A stretch of 64,000 bases of DNA from Eledone cirrhosa (lineage: Eukaryota), in the NCBI GenBank assembly GCA_964016885.1, contig OZ024743.1, positions 294,810,001-294,874,000 on the forward strand, in the 5' to 3' direction. Both the position numbers and the translations under genes were made by a program. This document shows positions 28,409 through 42,734 of this stretch, one piece after another (the stretch's first letter is position 1; each line of letters opens with the position of its first letter). The notes under the pieces are model-generated. The model was given only the letters and a program-made list of their open reading frames with translations. It had not been told where the DNA came from and made no database searches.

Positions 28409-29365
28409 ATATCGATATAAACACATATATATATAAATATGTATATATATATATATTGGGGGGGGGGTATGTGTGTGTGTATGTGTGTCGGTGTGCCTAT
28501 GTGTGTGTGTGTGTTGTGGTAGCGTATGTGGCTTTTAATCCTTCATGAAAGAACCTTATCTATTGTATCGTTGATCTACTACTACTACTCTTTCATTTAT
28601 TTTGTCTCTATAACATAACACTTTCGCAGCTCCTCCAGTAATTGTAGGATGGAGACATGACAGAATTCTTCAAGGTATGGTATAGGCTACTACAAGTCTG
28701 CTCATTAAGAAAATATATTTCAGCCATCATTTTGAAAATAATAACAAATAAATCTTAAGCAATGCTTATCTGGAAAATACCAGTTGTTTTTAAGATGGCA
28801 AATGGCCATGACACAAATATTGCTACATACATTGACAGTTTGATTTTCTGAAGAAGGTTTAACACCAGACAATTTGGCCTCACTTTATATAAATACTCAT
28901 CGACATTCAGATGAATCAATGATAACCTAGATTATTTAACACGCACACACACACACACTCAACCCCCCACACATATATATAAGCATATCTATATATATAC
29001 TGTGGTGCATATTGATGCTCCAACATAGCGTTATACACATACATGTACATATTGAATTTTGAATAATATATATAATGCTTATGAAACACTTTTTGAAAGA
29101 TGTTCGCCATGAATCTTTAAGGTTGTAACCAACTTATCACACCTAGTCTCAGCCAATGAAAAGGGAAGTAATCGACCAAGCGTTTTTCTCGCTAGCTGAC
29201 GTTTATTTATATATATATATATATAAATCAGGATGGATTCAGTTTGATCATTACTCAACAGAGTGCTCCGTACTTGCTGTAGTAGACTATGATTATATTA
29301 TAAAGAATTCTGCCGACCCGGGGACCCGACTCTTTATATCATTTATATACACACATATATATATA

Positions 29366-29401
<36 letters not shown>

Positions 29402-29405
<4 letters not shown>

Positions 29406-29636
29406 GGAGTGTAACGTGAAGTTACTGTAGGTTCACCCAGGTGAGCACTCGATGTTTAGGTTCACGTCAGTATCTAGGTGTAGAGCTAGACAGAGTGTAA
29501 TAATATAATACAAGGACGAATCGTTAAGACTTCGTTACGTTTATTGGTTGGTTACGCGCGATTCGCTATTGATGATCTCAAGGTTCGATCTGTATCGATC
29601 TGGCCCAACTCTGGAATCGAAAGCCCGTCGGACCTC
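29402..29636 (-). mobile_element. solo PLE terminal repeat with degenerate hammerhead
   Basis: Reverse-complement homology to 60476-60703. Minus strand reads ggt CCGACGG GCT..AGC GAAT CGCGC GTA acc. Confidence 0.75.
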
Positions 29637-30036
29637 TCTCTCTTTCTATGTGTGTGTATGTGTGTGTGTGTGTCTGTGTGTGTGTCTGTGTATGTGTGCG
29701 CGTGTGCATGTATATGTGTTTGTTTGTATGTAGGTAAACATGCCAAAAGTAAACGGAGAACAAGTAAGTCATGAACAATGTCCAATGAAAATATGTATTG
29801 ATTTTATACTTGATATAGTAGGCTGTTCAAGCATCAGGCTGGTAGTTTCCTTTCACTCCGTTGTAACTGAGTGTCATGTGATTTACAATGAATTTGAGAT
29901 TTACATCAAAGAGGATTTGCATCTCTAGAATACCTAATTAATGCAAACATATACCATGTTTTAATTAATGTTTCAGATACTTATATATCTTTATATATAT
30001 GTTTACATACGCAGTTTAGTTAAATAATCATATACC

Positions 30037-30209
30037 GAAAAGTTCATAGGCTGACCAAGACCCTCTCATAGAATACTAAAATGAGTTTTATTTTCCAGCA
30101 TAGTCCCAAGCAATTATTAATAAGAGTGGACATCAATGTACGCAAAATTACACAACGTTTGCATTACTCCTACATAGTCAGCCTATGAACATTTCTGCCG
30201 ACTCTAGTA
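30037..30209. mobile_element. Tc1/mariner-like MITE
   Basis: Terminal inverted repeats gaaaagttcataggctgac / gtcagcctatgaacatttc, with a TA at the right flank. Confidence 0.7.
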
Positions 30210-30580
30210 GGTAAACTAACTTGGACATCAACAGGATTCCGTCCGTGCATGTTCTTTTTATTCAGTCAATTGCCTGGCTAACTGTTGAAGTGTTCACGTT
30301 GCTGTGATTTGTCTTTGTTTGTTTTTCGCTCAAACTGGTTTATCCTAAACGCAATTTTAATGGGAATTCATTGTGCCATATTGTGATAAAGTGAGTCATT
30401 GATTTAGAGCTAGAGTTAATTTGACATGCTATCAAACAGTGCCGTCTGCCCAGTTGCACACACATGGCTTCAAACCAGGTACCTCTTGATTGTCAATCGA
30501 AATTCTTCAATAAAAGCAACGCGAGTGCATGAGTGTTAATGAGTTTGTGTGTGTGTGTGTGTGTGTGCGTGTGTGTTTGT

Positions 30581-30745
30581 ATTCCGAGTTTAATCGGGGG
30601 TAACCACAGTAAGTAAGGTATTTCAATAAATAGTTTAGCATAGGATCATTAATATAGAACTGTTTCATTCGAAGGAAATCATCAGAACTTTCCTGATTAT
30701 TTCCTTCGAATGAAGCACTTCTAGACTTGTAGAAGCCATTTCTAT
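30581..30745. mobile_element. diverged F1 hairpin mini-element
   Basis: Has the aaccacagtaagtaaggta end and an inverted ttcattcgaaggaaat/atttccttcgaatgaa pair. Confidence 0.7.
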
Positions 30746-30749
30746 ATTA

Positions 30750-30832
<83 letters not shown>

Positions 30833-33044
30833 TATATATATATGTATATATACGTATATATATACCGTATTTCCCGGCGCCGTGTCTGTATATATGTATG
30901 TGTATATATATATATATATGTGGGTGTGTCTGTGTGTCTGTGTGTGTGTCTGTGTGTTTATGTGTATGTATGTAGCTATACATAATACTTATACGTATAC
31001 CTTCAGATACGTACACATTCATACGTGACGTGCACTAACATAAAATATATAAGAACCGCTCGTAAGAAATATAGATAAATGCGAAAAGTTCTGACAAATC
31101 AACCAAACATTTGAACGTTATCAGAGACGTTTTGTTTGAAAATACACTTTTGTTGATTTAATAAAGAAAAGTTCGATGATAAGCCAAGAACCAGTAGACA
31201 CAGTAATGAGAGGTCTTCTATAAGAGGTTGGGGAAAATATTTCGTGATTGTACTTGCAACAAAGAGCGCGTAACTTGGGAATATTGCAAGGAATTCATAT
31301 CAATATGGTAATAGGAACTTTATACATAGAACAAGATGATAGCTGATATAATGTATATTTTGATATAATGTTTAAGATATCGATTGTGTACGTCATGTGT
31401 ATGATATTGACTGAGTTATAAAGGCAGAAAGAAAAACAGATAGAAATGAAGAATGAAAGAAGGAAAGAAAGAAAGATACGAAAGAAAAAGAGAGAAAATG
31501 AAAGAAAGAATAATTCTCTCAAGGAATGGAACAAAATTGATTCCTTGTATTGGCACAATACCAAATATTTTCAAATTAAATATGGCTTATTTTATTGGGC
31601 ATTATACACTAATGGTTTAATAGAAACGAGAAAACGGGTTACGTTGATCGGTTTCCCAAGGGCATAAGTATCATAACTGCTGCGAGTTTCTGCCTATAGG
31701 GAATCAAACCACGGCCGCGATCTCAACTCGCCCCGAGTGCATATTTCACTAGAGATTGCTCACCACCGGGATAAAATTGGATATTATAATTTATATAGCG
31801 TAATTCTCTGCCGTCTTCATCATCTCCAATGCCGATGAGTTGAGCATGACATTGATATATCATCTGTCTATTGTCATTATCTTTAACGATTGACTCTTAT
31901 GTAATCGTTCTTAAAATGCACAAACTTACATACACACAGCCATACCACTAAACATTCACGCACACGCACGCACGCAGTTAGCCTTGGCAAACACACAGAC
32001 CCACACATGGACATAGCCAGCCTACATACATACACGCACAAAAGGACGCATGCACGCAAGCACACGCTTAGAACTCCCTCTCACACACAAATACGCATGT
32101 CGTCATACAGGCGTCTAGTCACACGAAAGACACACACATGCGCGCGCACACACACACACACACACAAACACACACGGACCTAACCGTAATAAACACATAT
32201 AAACGCACGCATTTAGTCTTGGAAGCACATACGCAAGCATATGTGTATATCTACCTCAATTCAACACATCCATTAGTAACACCAACAAAACACCACAGAG
32301 ACACACTTGTGGACGCATCGGCACAAGTGCATTTGTACATCTCATAAATACATATGTACATACATATACTCACATACATACACATGCCTACATATAATGC
32401 TCTGACTACACCAAATACACACAGACGTACTAAGTATACACTCATATAAGCAGGCACACAAAGCCACAAGCATGCAGCTTGCTCCAACAAACATATATTC
32501 ACACATATATACAGACACTGTCTCAGTAAATGAGTCACGAGAACCAAATATAGAATATGATATAATTAAAACCAACTCAGTAGTAAAAGCAACAGGCATA
32601 CATTTTGCTGAATTATGTCAGGTTAAGTCAAACCAACATTTCCTACTTTATTACAACGGAAGCAAATTAAAATCGATCCTGGCGATATATTTTCTTACAA
32701 TCAAACATCGAAAAATAAATTCAGAATGCATTTGTTGCAACCATCATGAATATTCTTTTAAACTAAATGAAAGTAATGTACCAGAGTTATGTACCAGAGA
32801 TATGTACCACGTAATGTACCAGAGTTAATGATATATGATAAAATAATAATATACAATATATACAATATTATAGAAAACAAAGAAAGAAAATAAAAGAGAG
32901 TAAATTTTAAAAAATACAAATAAATAATATTTATAATTAAAGACTATAAATAATTAAAGACTAAAAAATAAATAAATAATGCACACGGCAAACAGCGGAG
33001 GCCTCGTGTTGTCCCTCTCCGACATAACGTTTCCCCTCGGTAAA

Positions 33045-33081
33045 CTCCCAGATGATGGATGCGAAATCCGAAATATAGGGA
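33045..33081 (+). ncRNA. degenerate minimal hammerhead motif
   Basis: tcc CAGATGA tggat gcgaa atcc GAAA tata ggga; the core U4 is altered. Confidence 0.35.
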
Positions 33082-33559
33082 CTATTAAATCACTTCCAGG
33101 GTAACTCTATCTCGTGTTGTTATTATTTTTACACTTTTCCTAAGTTCCTTAACGCTCTCTACGTCTCTTTCTACGCTTCCTCTTACATTTCTCTCTCATT
33201 ACCACCTGGTTCTGTTACGCGGAGGCTTACCCATCTGCATTGTTGATGCTTCCAAAACGACCATTTTTAAATATTTTAAATTTTGATATACAGACACACA
33301 CATACACACACAATATAGATATATACACTATTGGAGGGCCGTTTACTCTCATCAGTTCATCCACATTTTGACGTGTTTTGCTTTTCGTTCTGCAAGATAC
33401 CAAATAATCACCCTCCTCACAAGCTTAGTGTAATTGCTGGTTTAGTTGCCAATGATCTAAACATGCAGCATGTACTAGATCATATATTTCCAGAAGCGCG
33501 TCGGACCAACGTCACAAACAGTTACATACATACAGACAGACAGACAGTAAGACAGATAG

Positions 33560-34075
33560 ACAGACCAGATATAATGATATGGGACATTGAAAAAACGGCA
33601 TGCACAGTGAAAGTTAGCTGCCCAGCAGATGTCAATGTGATGTTAAAGACTAGCGAAAAGGAGAATATCTATGCAGAGAAATCTTCAGTTACTCCACCAC
33701 CAACTATACATTCAGATTTATACCTGTGATTATTGGTGTACTGGGATATTGCTAGTAACTGCCTCAGTACACATCTTGAGAAGCTAGGCTTCAAAGAATC
33801 AAAAAGAACACGACTAGTTAGGAAATTACAAGTACAATACATTAATAGAACAATTAAAACATATAAATCATTCCAAAAATCCTGTATGTAATAACTGCAT
33901 GTACACAAAATATACAAAAGTTTACATATAACTCAAAACGGACATATCCACACGTACAATAACATCGATACCTACAAACATGCAAACATGCTTACCTAGT
34001 TGATGTTGTTTAAATTCCGATGTTAGAAACCGATTATCTTTCTATTGGCAAAAGTTTATAAAATTATAAAACCAG
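33560..34075 (+). mobile_element. 3' fragment of an RLE-type (R4/Dong-like) LINE
   Basis: RPDIMIWD..VKVSCPADVNV..EKENIY followed, after a frameshift, by FIPVIIGVLGY..LEKLGF. This fits a PD-(D/E)xK restriction-like endonuclease C-terminus. Confidence 0.8.
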
Positions 34076-34656
34076 AACATAGATACGCATATACATACAA
34101 ACTTGCATACGTTTTAGAACGGATATAAATGTTTATATATTCATATACATAAATACATACATACATATATATATATATAAATGAAGTAATTCCGTCGGAA
34201 ATGTCCAGGAAAAAAGAGTGCTCTATGTAGGTAACAGAGCTTAATAGTTATGTAATAAACAACATAAGGCAATTATTTCATTTAACAGTGGTTTATTAAA
34301 AGCAAAAAAATGTTGCTTTCAATCATCAGAATGAAAAATTCCTGGCGTATTTATTGACGTTGGATTTTAAAAACAAAAATGCAATCTATATGAAAGTTAG
34401 GCTGGAAAAGGAAGAAGGAAGGGAAAAATAAAATAAAAACACACATGCAAACACACACACAAACACACATAAATATATACATACACATATATATATATAT
34501 ACATACACACATACATACACACACACATATATATACACACACACACGCACATATATATGTGTATATATATACATACACATACATACATACATACATACGC
34601 ACATAAATATCAACATATCCATACATACACATACATATATATACAACCACACACAC

Positions 34657-34699
<43 letters not shown>

Positions 34700-34892
34700 C
34701 ACATACATATACATACACATATACATACACACATAAATACACACAAATGCACGTACACATACATACGTAAAAATAAATACATACACACTCTCACACATAA
34801 ATATACATATACAAATACATAAACAAATACATACGCATACACAAATACATACACACACACACATATACATATATACACACACATACATATAT

Positions 34893-34950
<58 letters not shown>

Positions 34951-35080
34951 ATACATAACCATACAAATATACATATACATATACATACATATCACAAACA
35001 CGTACATACAAATAGAAACACACACATATATATATGTGCAAAACTCATTCTTAGATAATTCATATGAACCTTATTTAACT

Positions 35081-35255
<175 letters not shown>

Positions 35256-35300
35256 TATGAAAATAAACCAAAGAACACTTCAATACATCAAAAGTCTTTA

Positions 35301-35345
35301 TTAGCCAACAATGTTTCGTCCTATTAAGGACTCATCAGGGCAATT
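35301..35345 (-). ncRNA. canonical minimal type I hammerhead motif
   Basis: gcc CTGATGA GTCC ttaata GGAC GAAA C att GTT ggc, then AATAAA. It terminates an AT-rich insert at ~35250-36300. Confidence 0.8.
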
Positions 35346-36452
35346 AAAGCTATAAGAAGCACTATAAGCCAATACAAGCCGAAAACTCAGAAGAATATGG
35401 AGTGTACATAGATTAAAGCATGGGAAAATAAAAAATAAAAAATTATCAAGTAAAAATTGCTAAGGAAGTAAGTAACATTTTGAACCATATTACAAATATA
35501 GTCCAATGTAGAAACTAGAGCTAAAACAGAGGTGGTGATATAGAGCGGGTATTATTGTACTATATATAATATAATATAATATAATATAATATAATATAAT
35601 TGCTAATGATAATAATAATAATGTTAAAAGGCCCAATATACACATATATATACATATATATGTACACATATATATACATATATGTCAATACGCATTTCCA
35701 TCAATAGAAGCACAAACTAACCCTTATTAAGTGTTTAAATATAAATAAGAATAATAATAAAAATAAAAATAAAAATATAATACATATATTATTTACAGTA
35801 TAAAATGAAGAATAAATGATTAAAAGTAGGCATAAAAATATATAATAATAAACTATATAATTATATAATAATATATAGATAATCTCCGGTTAATTTGCAC
35901 AAAGAATATAAATGTTACAATATAAGAATATTATAATATAGTGGCATATAACTTAACAAATTATATAGAGTTACAGACAGGGTGAGAAAAAAACATTTTA
36001 CAGAACTAAATTATATTGGAAAAATTATGTTGGAAAAATATCAACACCATTACAAGAAAATAGATGGGGGTCAAATTTCTATACAGTTGGTGTAAGTAAA
36101 TATTAACCAACCGTTACAAAAATTATAAAAATATAAACATATTACAGGATTTACGGAATTTAACATAATATAATGGTACATTCAATAATCGGTAAATAAT
36201 AAAGATCAATAGTACATTTATAAAGGGTGGAATGATATAAAACTTCAACATAAAATATTCAACATAGTAAAATATTCATAATTACATGGTGGTGGAGAGA
36301 CACTCAAGCCTTTTCTGAGGCTATTATATATATACACACACAAAACCGTTATATAAAAAAAAAAATACAATACATATACACGCACAAATATACACACGCC
36401 CATACACACAAATTAACTCTATACATACACACATACATACATATATATATAT

Positions 36453-36495
<43 letters not shown>

Positions 36496-36671
36496 CACAC
36501 ATATATACACACATACATACATACACATAAATATATACACACACGCGCACACATACAACAGAAATATATAATATATACGATTATATATACATATACATAT
36601 ACATAGAAATAAACATACATACACATATATATACATACACTTATACATATACACACACATATACATACACG

Positions 36672-36864
36672 TATATATCTATCTAAGGCGGGTAAAATTC
36701 CCGAGATCCATGGACGAGTTCTCTCCAGCAGTCTCTGTCCCTCATTATCGCTGCCATATCCTGCATCTCCAACAGACCAGTGTCTGTCCTTAGGGCATCA
36801 ACATGTGTTAACCTTGGTCTTCCGCTTCTAGTGTGTCCATGTAGGGGCTCCCAAAGGAGCACTG
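36672..36864 (-). mobile_element. duplicate of the RTE 3'-terminal ~190 bp
   Basis: Near-identical to 38758-38955 and encodes SVLLWEPLHG..SREFYPP*. Confidence 0.9.
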
Positions 36865-36865
36865 A

Positions 36866-36940
<75 letters not shown>

Positions 36941-37007
36941 AAGGTTTAGCAAATAATGAAAAAGTTTCAAAATAAATTTTAAAAAATTGACTTTACCTAC
37001 TATAGTT

Positions 37008-37091
37008 ACCTTTACCGATCGGTTTCGAATCCCAAAAATAAAACGGAGACCATACGGCGTTCGTTGCAAAGAAATATTCTCGTCAGAAGGT
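37008..37091 (-). ncRNA. type I hammerhead with long loop 2
   Basis: acctt CTGACGA GAAT..ATTC GAAA CCGATCG GTA aaggt. Confidence 0.8.
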
Positions 37092-37492
37092 TCTTTTCAT
37101 TCGAAGAATATAAAATTCTTGAATTTAAATTACGAACTAGCGCTATCCAAAACTGTTCCCGAGATGAGAGTGAATGAAGTGGAATCAATTTTTTCAAGGG
37201 CCGAAGTAAAGATAGCGGCAGAGGGAGGTAGGTCAAATCGGCCGCCACTATCACTAGCAGCAGTCGGAACGACCAAATTGTTTCTCAACGATAGAAGGGA
37301 ATAATAATAATAGGATATGTGTTCCTACACGCACAAGGCGCTAAGGGACGCATGTATTGTCCAACCAAATGCCAATGTGGTTCAATGGCAGGTTAATAAA
37401 TTAACGAGCCAGAACATATATAAACAAGGTTTAGCAAATAATGAAAAAGTTTCAAAATAAATTTTAAAAAATTGACTTTACCTACTATAGTT

Positions 37493-37576
37493 ACCTTTAC
37501 CGATCGGTTTCGAATCCCAAAAATAAAACGGAGACCATACGGCCTTCGTTGCAAAGAAAGATTCTCGTCAGAAGGT
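37493..37576 (-). ncRNA. type I hammerhead with long loop 2
   Basis: acctt CTGACGA GAATC..GATTC GAAA CCGATCG GTA aaggt. Confidence 0.85.
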
Positions 37577-37868
37577 TCTTTTCATTCAAAGAATATAAAA
37601 TTCCTGAATTTAAATCACAGACTAGCGCTATCAAAACTGTTCCTGGGATGAGAGTGGATGATGCACTAATGTTGAGAACAAATTTGGTCGTTCTGACTGC
37701 TGCTAGCAATAGCTGTGGATAGTTTGACCTACCATCCTTCTGCCTCTATCTTTGCTTCGGCCCTTGATAAACCTGTTTCTACATCATCCACTCTCATCCC
37801 AGGAACAGTTTTGATAGCGCTAGTCTGTGATTTAAATTCAGGAATTTTATATTCTTTGAATGAAAAGA

Positions 37869-37952
37869 ACCTTCTGACGAGAATCTTTCTTTGCAACGAA
37901 GGCCGTATGGTCTCCGTTTTATTTTTGGGATTCGAAACCGATCGGTAAAGGT
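37869..37952 (+). ncRNA. type I hammerhead with long loop 2
   Basis: Core CTGACGA at 37874-37880, GAAA at 37934-37937, palindromic stem III ACCGATCGGT, triplet GTA at 37945-37947, stem I acctt/aaggt. Confidence 0.85.
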
Positions 37953-38212
37953 AACTATAGTAGGTAAAGTCAATTTTTTAAAATTTATTTTGAAACTTTT
38001 TCATTATTTGCTAAACCTTGTTTATATTTATTCTGGCTCGTTAATTTATTAACCCGCCATTGAACCACACTGGCATTTGGTTGGACAATACATGCGTACC
38101 TTGGCGCCTTGTGCGTGAAGAAACGTATATCCTATTACATGTATATGTATATATATATATATATATATACATGTATATGTATATATATACATGTATATGT
38201 ATATACACATAC

Positions 38213-38243
<31 letters not shown>

Positions 38244-38484
38244 TATATATATATACATATATACACACATACACACATACATATATATATATACATGTAT
38301 ATGTATATATATACACATGTATATGTATATATACACATATACATATATATATATACATGTACATGTATATATATATATACATGTACATATATATATATAC
38401 ATATACATGTATATATATATATATATACACATTCATATATATATACATATTCATGTATATATACATATACATATATATATACAT

Positions 38485-38556
<72 letters not shown>

Positions 38557-38618
38557 TCATGTGTATATATATATATAAATATTCATGTGTATATAATATA
38601 TATATATAAATATTCATC

Positions 38619-38649
<31 letters not shown>

Positions 38650-38761
38650 TCATGTATATATATATATATACATATAAATGTATATATATATATATACATA
38701 TAAATGTATATACACACATATACATATAAATGTATATATACATATATATATATAAATGTAT

Positions 38762-41700
38762 ATATCTATCTATCTAAGGCGGGTAAAATTCCCGAGATCC
38801 ATGGACGAGTTCTCTCCAGCGGTCTCTGTCCCTCATTATCGCTGCCATATCCTGCATCTCCAACAGACCAGTGTCTGTCCTTAGGGCATCAACATATGTT
38901 AACCTTGGTCTTCCGCTTCTAGTGTGTCCATGTAGGGGCTCCCAAAGGAGCACTGAGTGCAATGTCAACTCTGGATGTCGGTGAGCATGTCCAGCCAACC
39001 TCAGTCTCCTCTGTGTCACTTTTGAGCTGACATTTGGGATGCTCCCATACAGCTCGGAGTTTTTCATCCTCAGTGTATACTGATTAATGTTCAGAGCCAT
39101 CCTCAGCATTCTCGTGTAGCACCCATCCACCATCTGAGTGAGTATCTTGGTCAGTGTCCAAGTCTCAGACCCATACAGCAGCACAGACTCCACTACAGCA
39201 ATGAAGAGGCGGATTTTCAGGTCTCTACGAAGGTCCGACTTCCACACCGATCTCAAGCTGTGACACGCCGCCCAGGCCTTGCTCTTCCTCTCAACCACAT
39301 CATCTTCCGTATTCCCAATCTTTGCTCCCAAATACAGGAAGTCCTCAACCAATTCCAGCGGCTTCCCGCCTACATTAGTGATCCCCTCTGGCTTCTCAAC
39401 ATTCTCTACCAGATATTTTGTTTTAGTCTCATTCATTCTCAGCCCCACACTCATCGACAGTCTCAACCTCCCGCATCAAATCCTCTGCCTCCTTCACTGT
39501 ATTTGTCACCAAAACTATGTCGTCGGCAAATTCAGCATCCGATACCTTTTTCGCCCCAACTCTCCTGCTCTGAGCCGGTGCTACAGTAAAGCCAGAGTCC
39601 TGGTGTTTCTCCAGTGCAAGGCGCATACAATAGTCCACTACGATGATAAAAAGGTAGGGAGCCAATGTATCTCCTTGGAGCACTCCAGCCAGTATCTCAA
39701 AGAACTCTGTCATCCCATCAGGTGTAATGACTTGGGCTTTGGTGTTGGTGTAGAGCAGTGATATCCTGGTCCACTATCCTCTTGGGGATTCCGTAAGCCT
39801 GTAAGATCTTCATCAGGCAGTAACGGTCCACAGAATCAAAGGCCTTCCTAAAGTCAATGAAAACCATGACCGCAGGAAGGCACTTTGCTCTAGCTCCCTC
39901 TAATATCCTCCTCAGCATCAGGATGTGACTGGTGGTTGATCTACCCTCTCTGAAGCCGTTCTGGTTGTCCCTGAGCTTCTTCTCCATCTCAGGCTGGATC
40001 CTGTTAAGAATCATCCTGTTGACGGTCTTTGCCACAAGTGACGTCAGTGAGATCCCCCGGTAGTTGTTGGTGTTAGAGAGATCTCCCTTCTTTGGCACTG
40101 GGACGATGTTACTGATCCTCCACTGATTCGGGGCAACTCCTTTCTCCAGTGCCCCGTTACAGAACCCCAGGATGATATCATCAAAATCACACCTCTTCAT
40201 CACCTCTGATGCCACCCCATCTTCTCCATGAGCCTTGCCCTTCTTGATGTTCTTCTTGGCTCTCTGAAACTCCTCTCTGGTGAAGGGCTCTGTCTCAACA
40301 TCCAGTTCCTCAAATAGCCGCCTGATCTCCCCAGTGCACTGGGCTGTGGAGGGTGGCTCTCCTAGTAGGGTCCTAAAATGGTCTAGCCATTTCCTCTTCC
40401 TATCCTCGGGCCCGTTCCCTGATCTGACTCGAACACCTTTTCTTCCTCCCTGTGATCTCGTTGATGATCATCCAGCTCTCCTTACATCCAGATCTGTCAA
40501 CCGCTCTCTCCACACTTCTGATCTTCTGTATCAGTGCCTCCTGTCTGACCTCAGTGTAAGCGGTACAGAGCTCTTCCCTCATCACCTCCACAGTCTCCAT
40601 CCTCTCCTCCGTAGGATCAGCATAGAATTGGTCCCTGGCAGCTTTCAGGTGTTCTCTGGCTGCACACACTTTTGGGTTTGCAGAGCTGACGTGCTTCCCT
40701 TTGTTCTTTTTCCTCGGCACCAGGGTTTCACTTGCTTTCGCCACTGCATTGGTGAAGTGCCCATACCTCCTCGTCACACTCTCCTCAGTCCATCCAATCT
40801 CTCTCTCCTCTGACTCTCCACACAGAGCACTAAACCTGTTTCTCACTTCCACTGTGAACCTCTCCTGTAGCTTATCATCTTCCTTGAAAGCTCCCCAGTC
40901 ATAGATTGTTCTCCGGGGCTGAGCCTTGCTCTTTCTTAAGCTCACGCGGACCTCACTCATAACAAGCCGGTGGTCACTACCCAGTGTACTGAAATAGCTG
41001 TATGGTTCCGTGTTCAGAACACTATTCCGCCACTTTTTCCTCACCAGAATGAAATCAATCTGGGACTTGGACAGGTGCATATCTGAGATGTAGGTCCACA
41101 TCTTCCCCAGATTCTTCCTAAACCTTAGGTTGGTCGCCATCAAGTTCGCCTCCAGCAGGGTGTCTCTCAGTAGTCTTCCATTTCGGTTGGTGTTGTTATG
41201 GAAGTACCAGCAAGGATCTTCACTGCCCTCCTTACTCAGATGTGCATTGGAGTCCGCCAAAACAAGCAGGATATTGTGTGCCTGAGTGGTGTTGACAGCT
41301 CTACACACTTCCTCATGGAACTCCTCGGCATTCACATCACTGTCCCCCTCGATTGGACTATAGGCTGAGATGACTGTCAGTCTTGGGTTTCCATTGAAGG
41401 TCACCCTCAACACTCGCGGGGAGATAGGCATTATTTCCCTCACCAACAGATTGGTTTTTGCACTGAACACAAAACCCACTCCTCCTACTGCAGCATTTGT
41501 TGTGTTCTTCACTGCCGATGTAGTGATGAGCTGGCTCTTCCTCCCGATCATCACACTCCTCACGGGCTCATCGTGTAGAATCCTGTGTTCTTGGATCGCA
41601 AGTATCTGTATACCTCTCTCCTCGAACAGATGTCCCAACTCCTCTCTCTTCTCCAGCGTTCGAATAGTCCTCACATTCAAAGTGCCCATTTTGATGGCTC

Positions 41701-42079
41701 TTCTGCAGGACAAAACTGCATTCTTTATATTTGTCTCAGAGACAGCTGATCCATCATCCACTGGCCCTCTCTGTGGCTCTAAGCCAGCAGAGTCATAACG
41801 ACCAGGCTGCTCCTTGACAGTGTAATTAGGGGCTCTAACCCTAGTGCTGTTAGATCGACTCTCCATATTTCTTTTCAATGGCTGACAATACCTTACCGGC
41901 GCCACTCGAATAAGTTTGTTATTTAACCCATAAATGGAGCCCTAACAGGTACTACCACCCCGGGCCAGGGCAGACCTGGGAGTCATGACAACTAAGGGGT
42001 AACTCCACATTCCCCACATCTCCTGAACTCCCGAACTGGAGCCTTGCCACTGGATGTAGTTTAATGTCATACCCAGGAC
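38762..42079 (-). mobile_element. apparently full-length RTE-clade LINE
   Basis: A ~210-bp 5' UTR precedes a single APE+RT ORF, and the stop runs directly into a (TAGA)n tail. Confidence 0.93.
38774..41866 (-). pseudogene. RTE ORF (AP endonuclease + reverse transcriptase) with three frameshifts
   Basis: Motifs GTLNVRT, LAIQEHR, AYSP, QIDFIL, SDHRLV, YRGISL, QNGFR, FIDFRKAFDSV, GVLQGDTLAP, FADDI, FLYLG and LLYGSETW. Frame breaks fall near 40420, 39730 and 39460. Confidence 0.95.
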
Positions 42080-42401
42080 ATATGTATACATATATATACA
42101 TATACATATATACATATATATACATACATATACATATATACATATATACATACATATACGCAACACAAAAAAAATTAATATCTAAAAATGTTTGGTATCT
42201 GAAGGGTAAGGCAAAAAAATAGGGGGGAAAAAGAGGGGGGGGGGGAATAAATGACATAGGAAAAGGTTTAAATATAAGGGGAGATAAGGGAAAAAGAGAA
42301 TACAAGAGTACAGAACGTGGATTCAGCAGGTAAAAAAAATCGCAGTGGAAGTAATATATTGCTTAAAAGAAGCGACATGTGCATAAAACCTGGTTTTAAA
42401 C

Positions 42402-42734
42402 TTGCCCTGGGTCATGCCAACATATCGCTCACTCACTTTTAATCACCCCGATAAACGAACAACAACGGCCCTCGCAAGTAAGGTGTGGGAATTCAAGGAT
42501 AAAAACATCCCGTACTCTATCGATTGGTCTATTTTAGACCATTCGAGGGAGTACCAAAGAGGCACAAATAATTGTTCTTTGTGTACCACAGAAAAATATA
42601 GGATTTTGCTTAACTTGAAAGCCACTTCTGCTTGCCTCAACTCAAAGACCGAGATCTTCAGATGTTGTCCTCATCTGAAATCACATCTGATCTGTAACTG
42701 GATTGACATTCCTATGATAACTCAACCACCTTGA
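42402..42734 (+). pseudogene. PLE GIY-YIG endonuclease C-terminal fragment
   Basis: TALASKVWEFKDKNIPYSIDWSIL..CSLCTTEK..LNSKTE..CPH aligns with the C-terminus of the other PLE ORFs here. Confidence 0.9.

Larger units (their letters stand above)
36936..38137. mobile_element. non-coding ~485-bp unit in tandem plus inverted arrangement with three hammerheads (retrozyme-like or non-autonomous PLE)
   Basis: taaacaaggtttagc occurs at 36936 and 37421 (period 485). An inverted near-full monomer lies at ~37667-38137. Confidence 0.85.

Noticed and set aside
37012-37948. Repeated 70-105 aa ORFs in the 485-bp unit
   Set aside because: N-termini differ between copies, no domain is recognisable, and the shared part overlaps the ribozyme.
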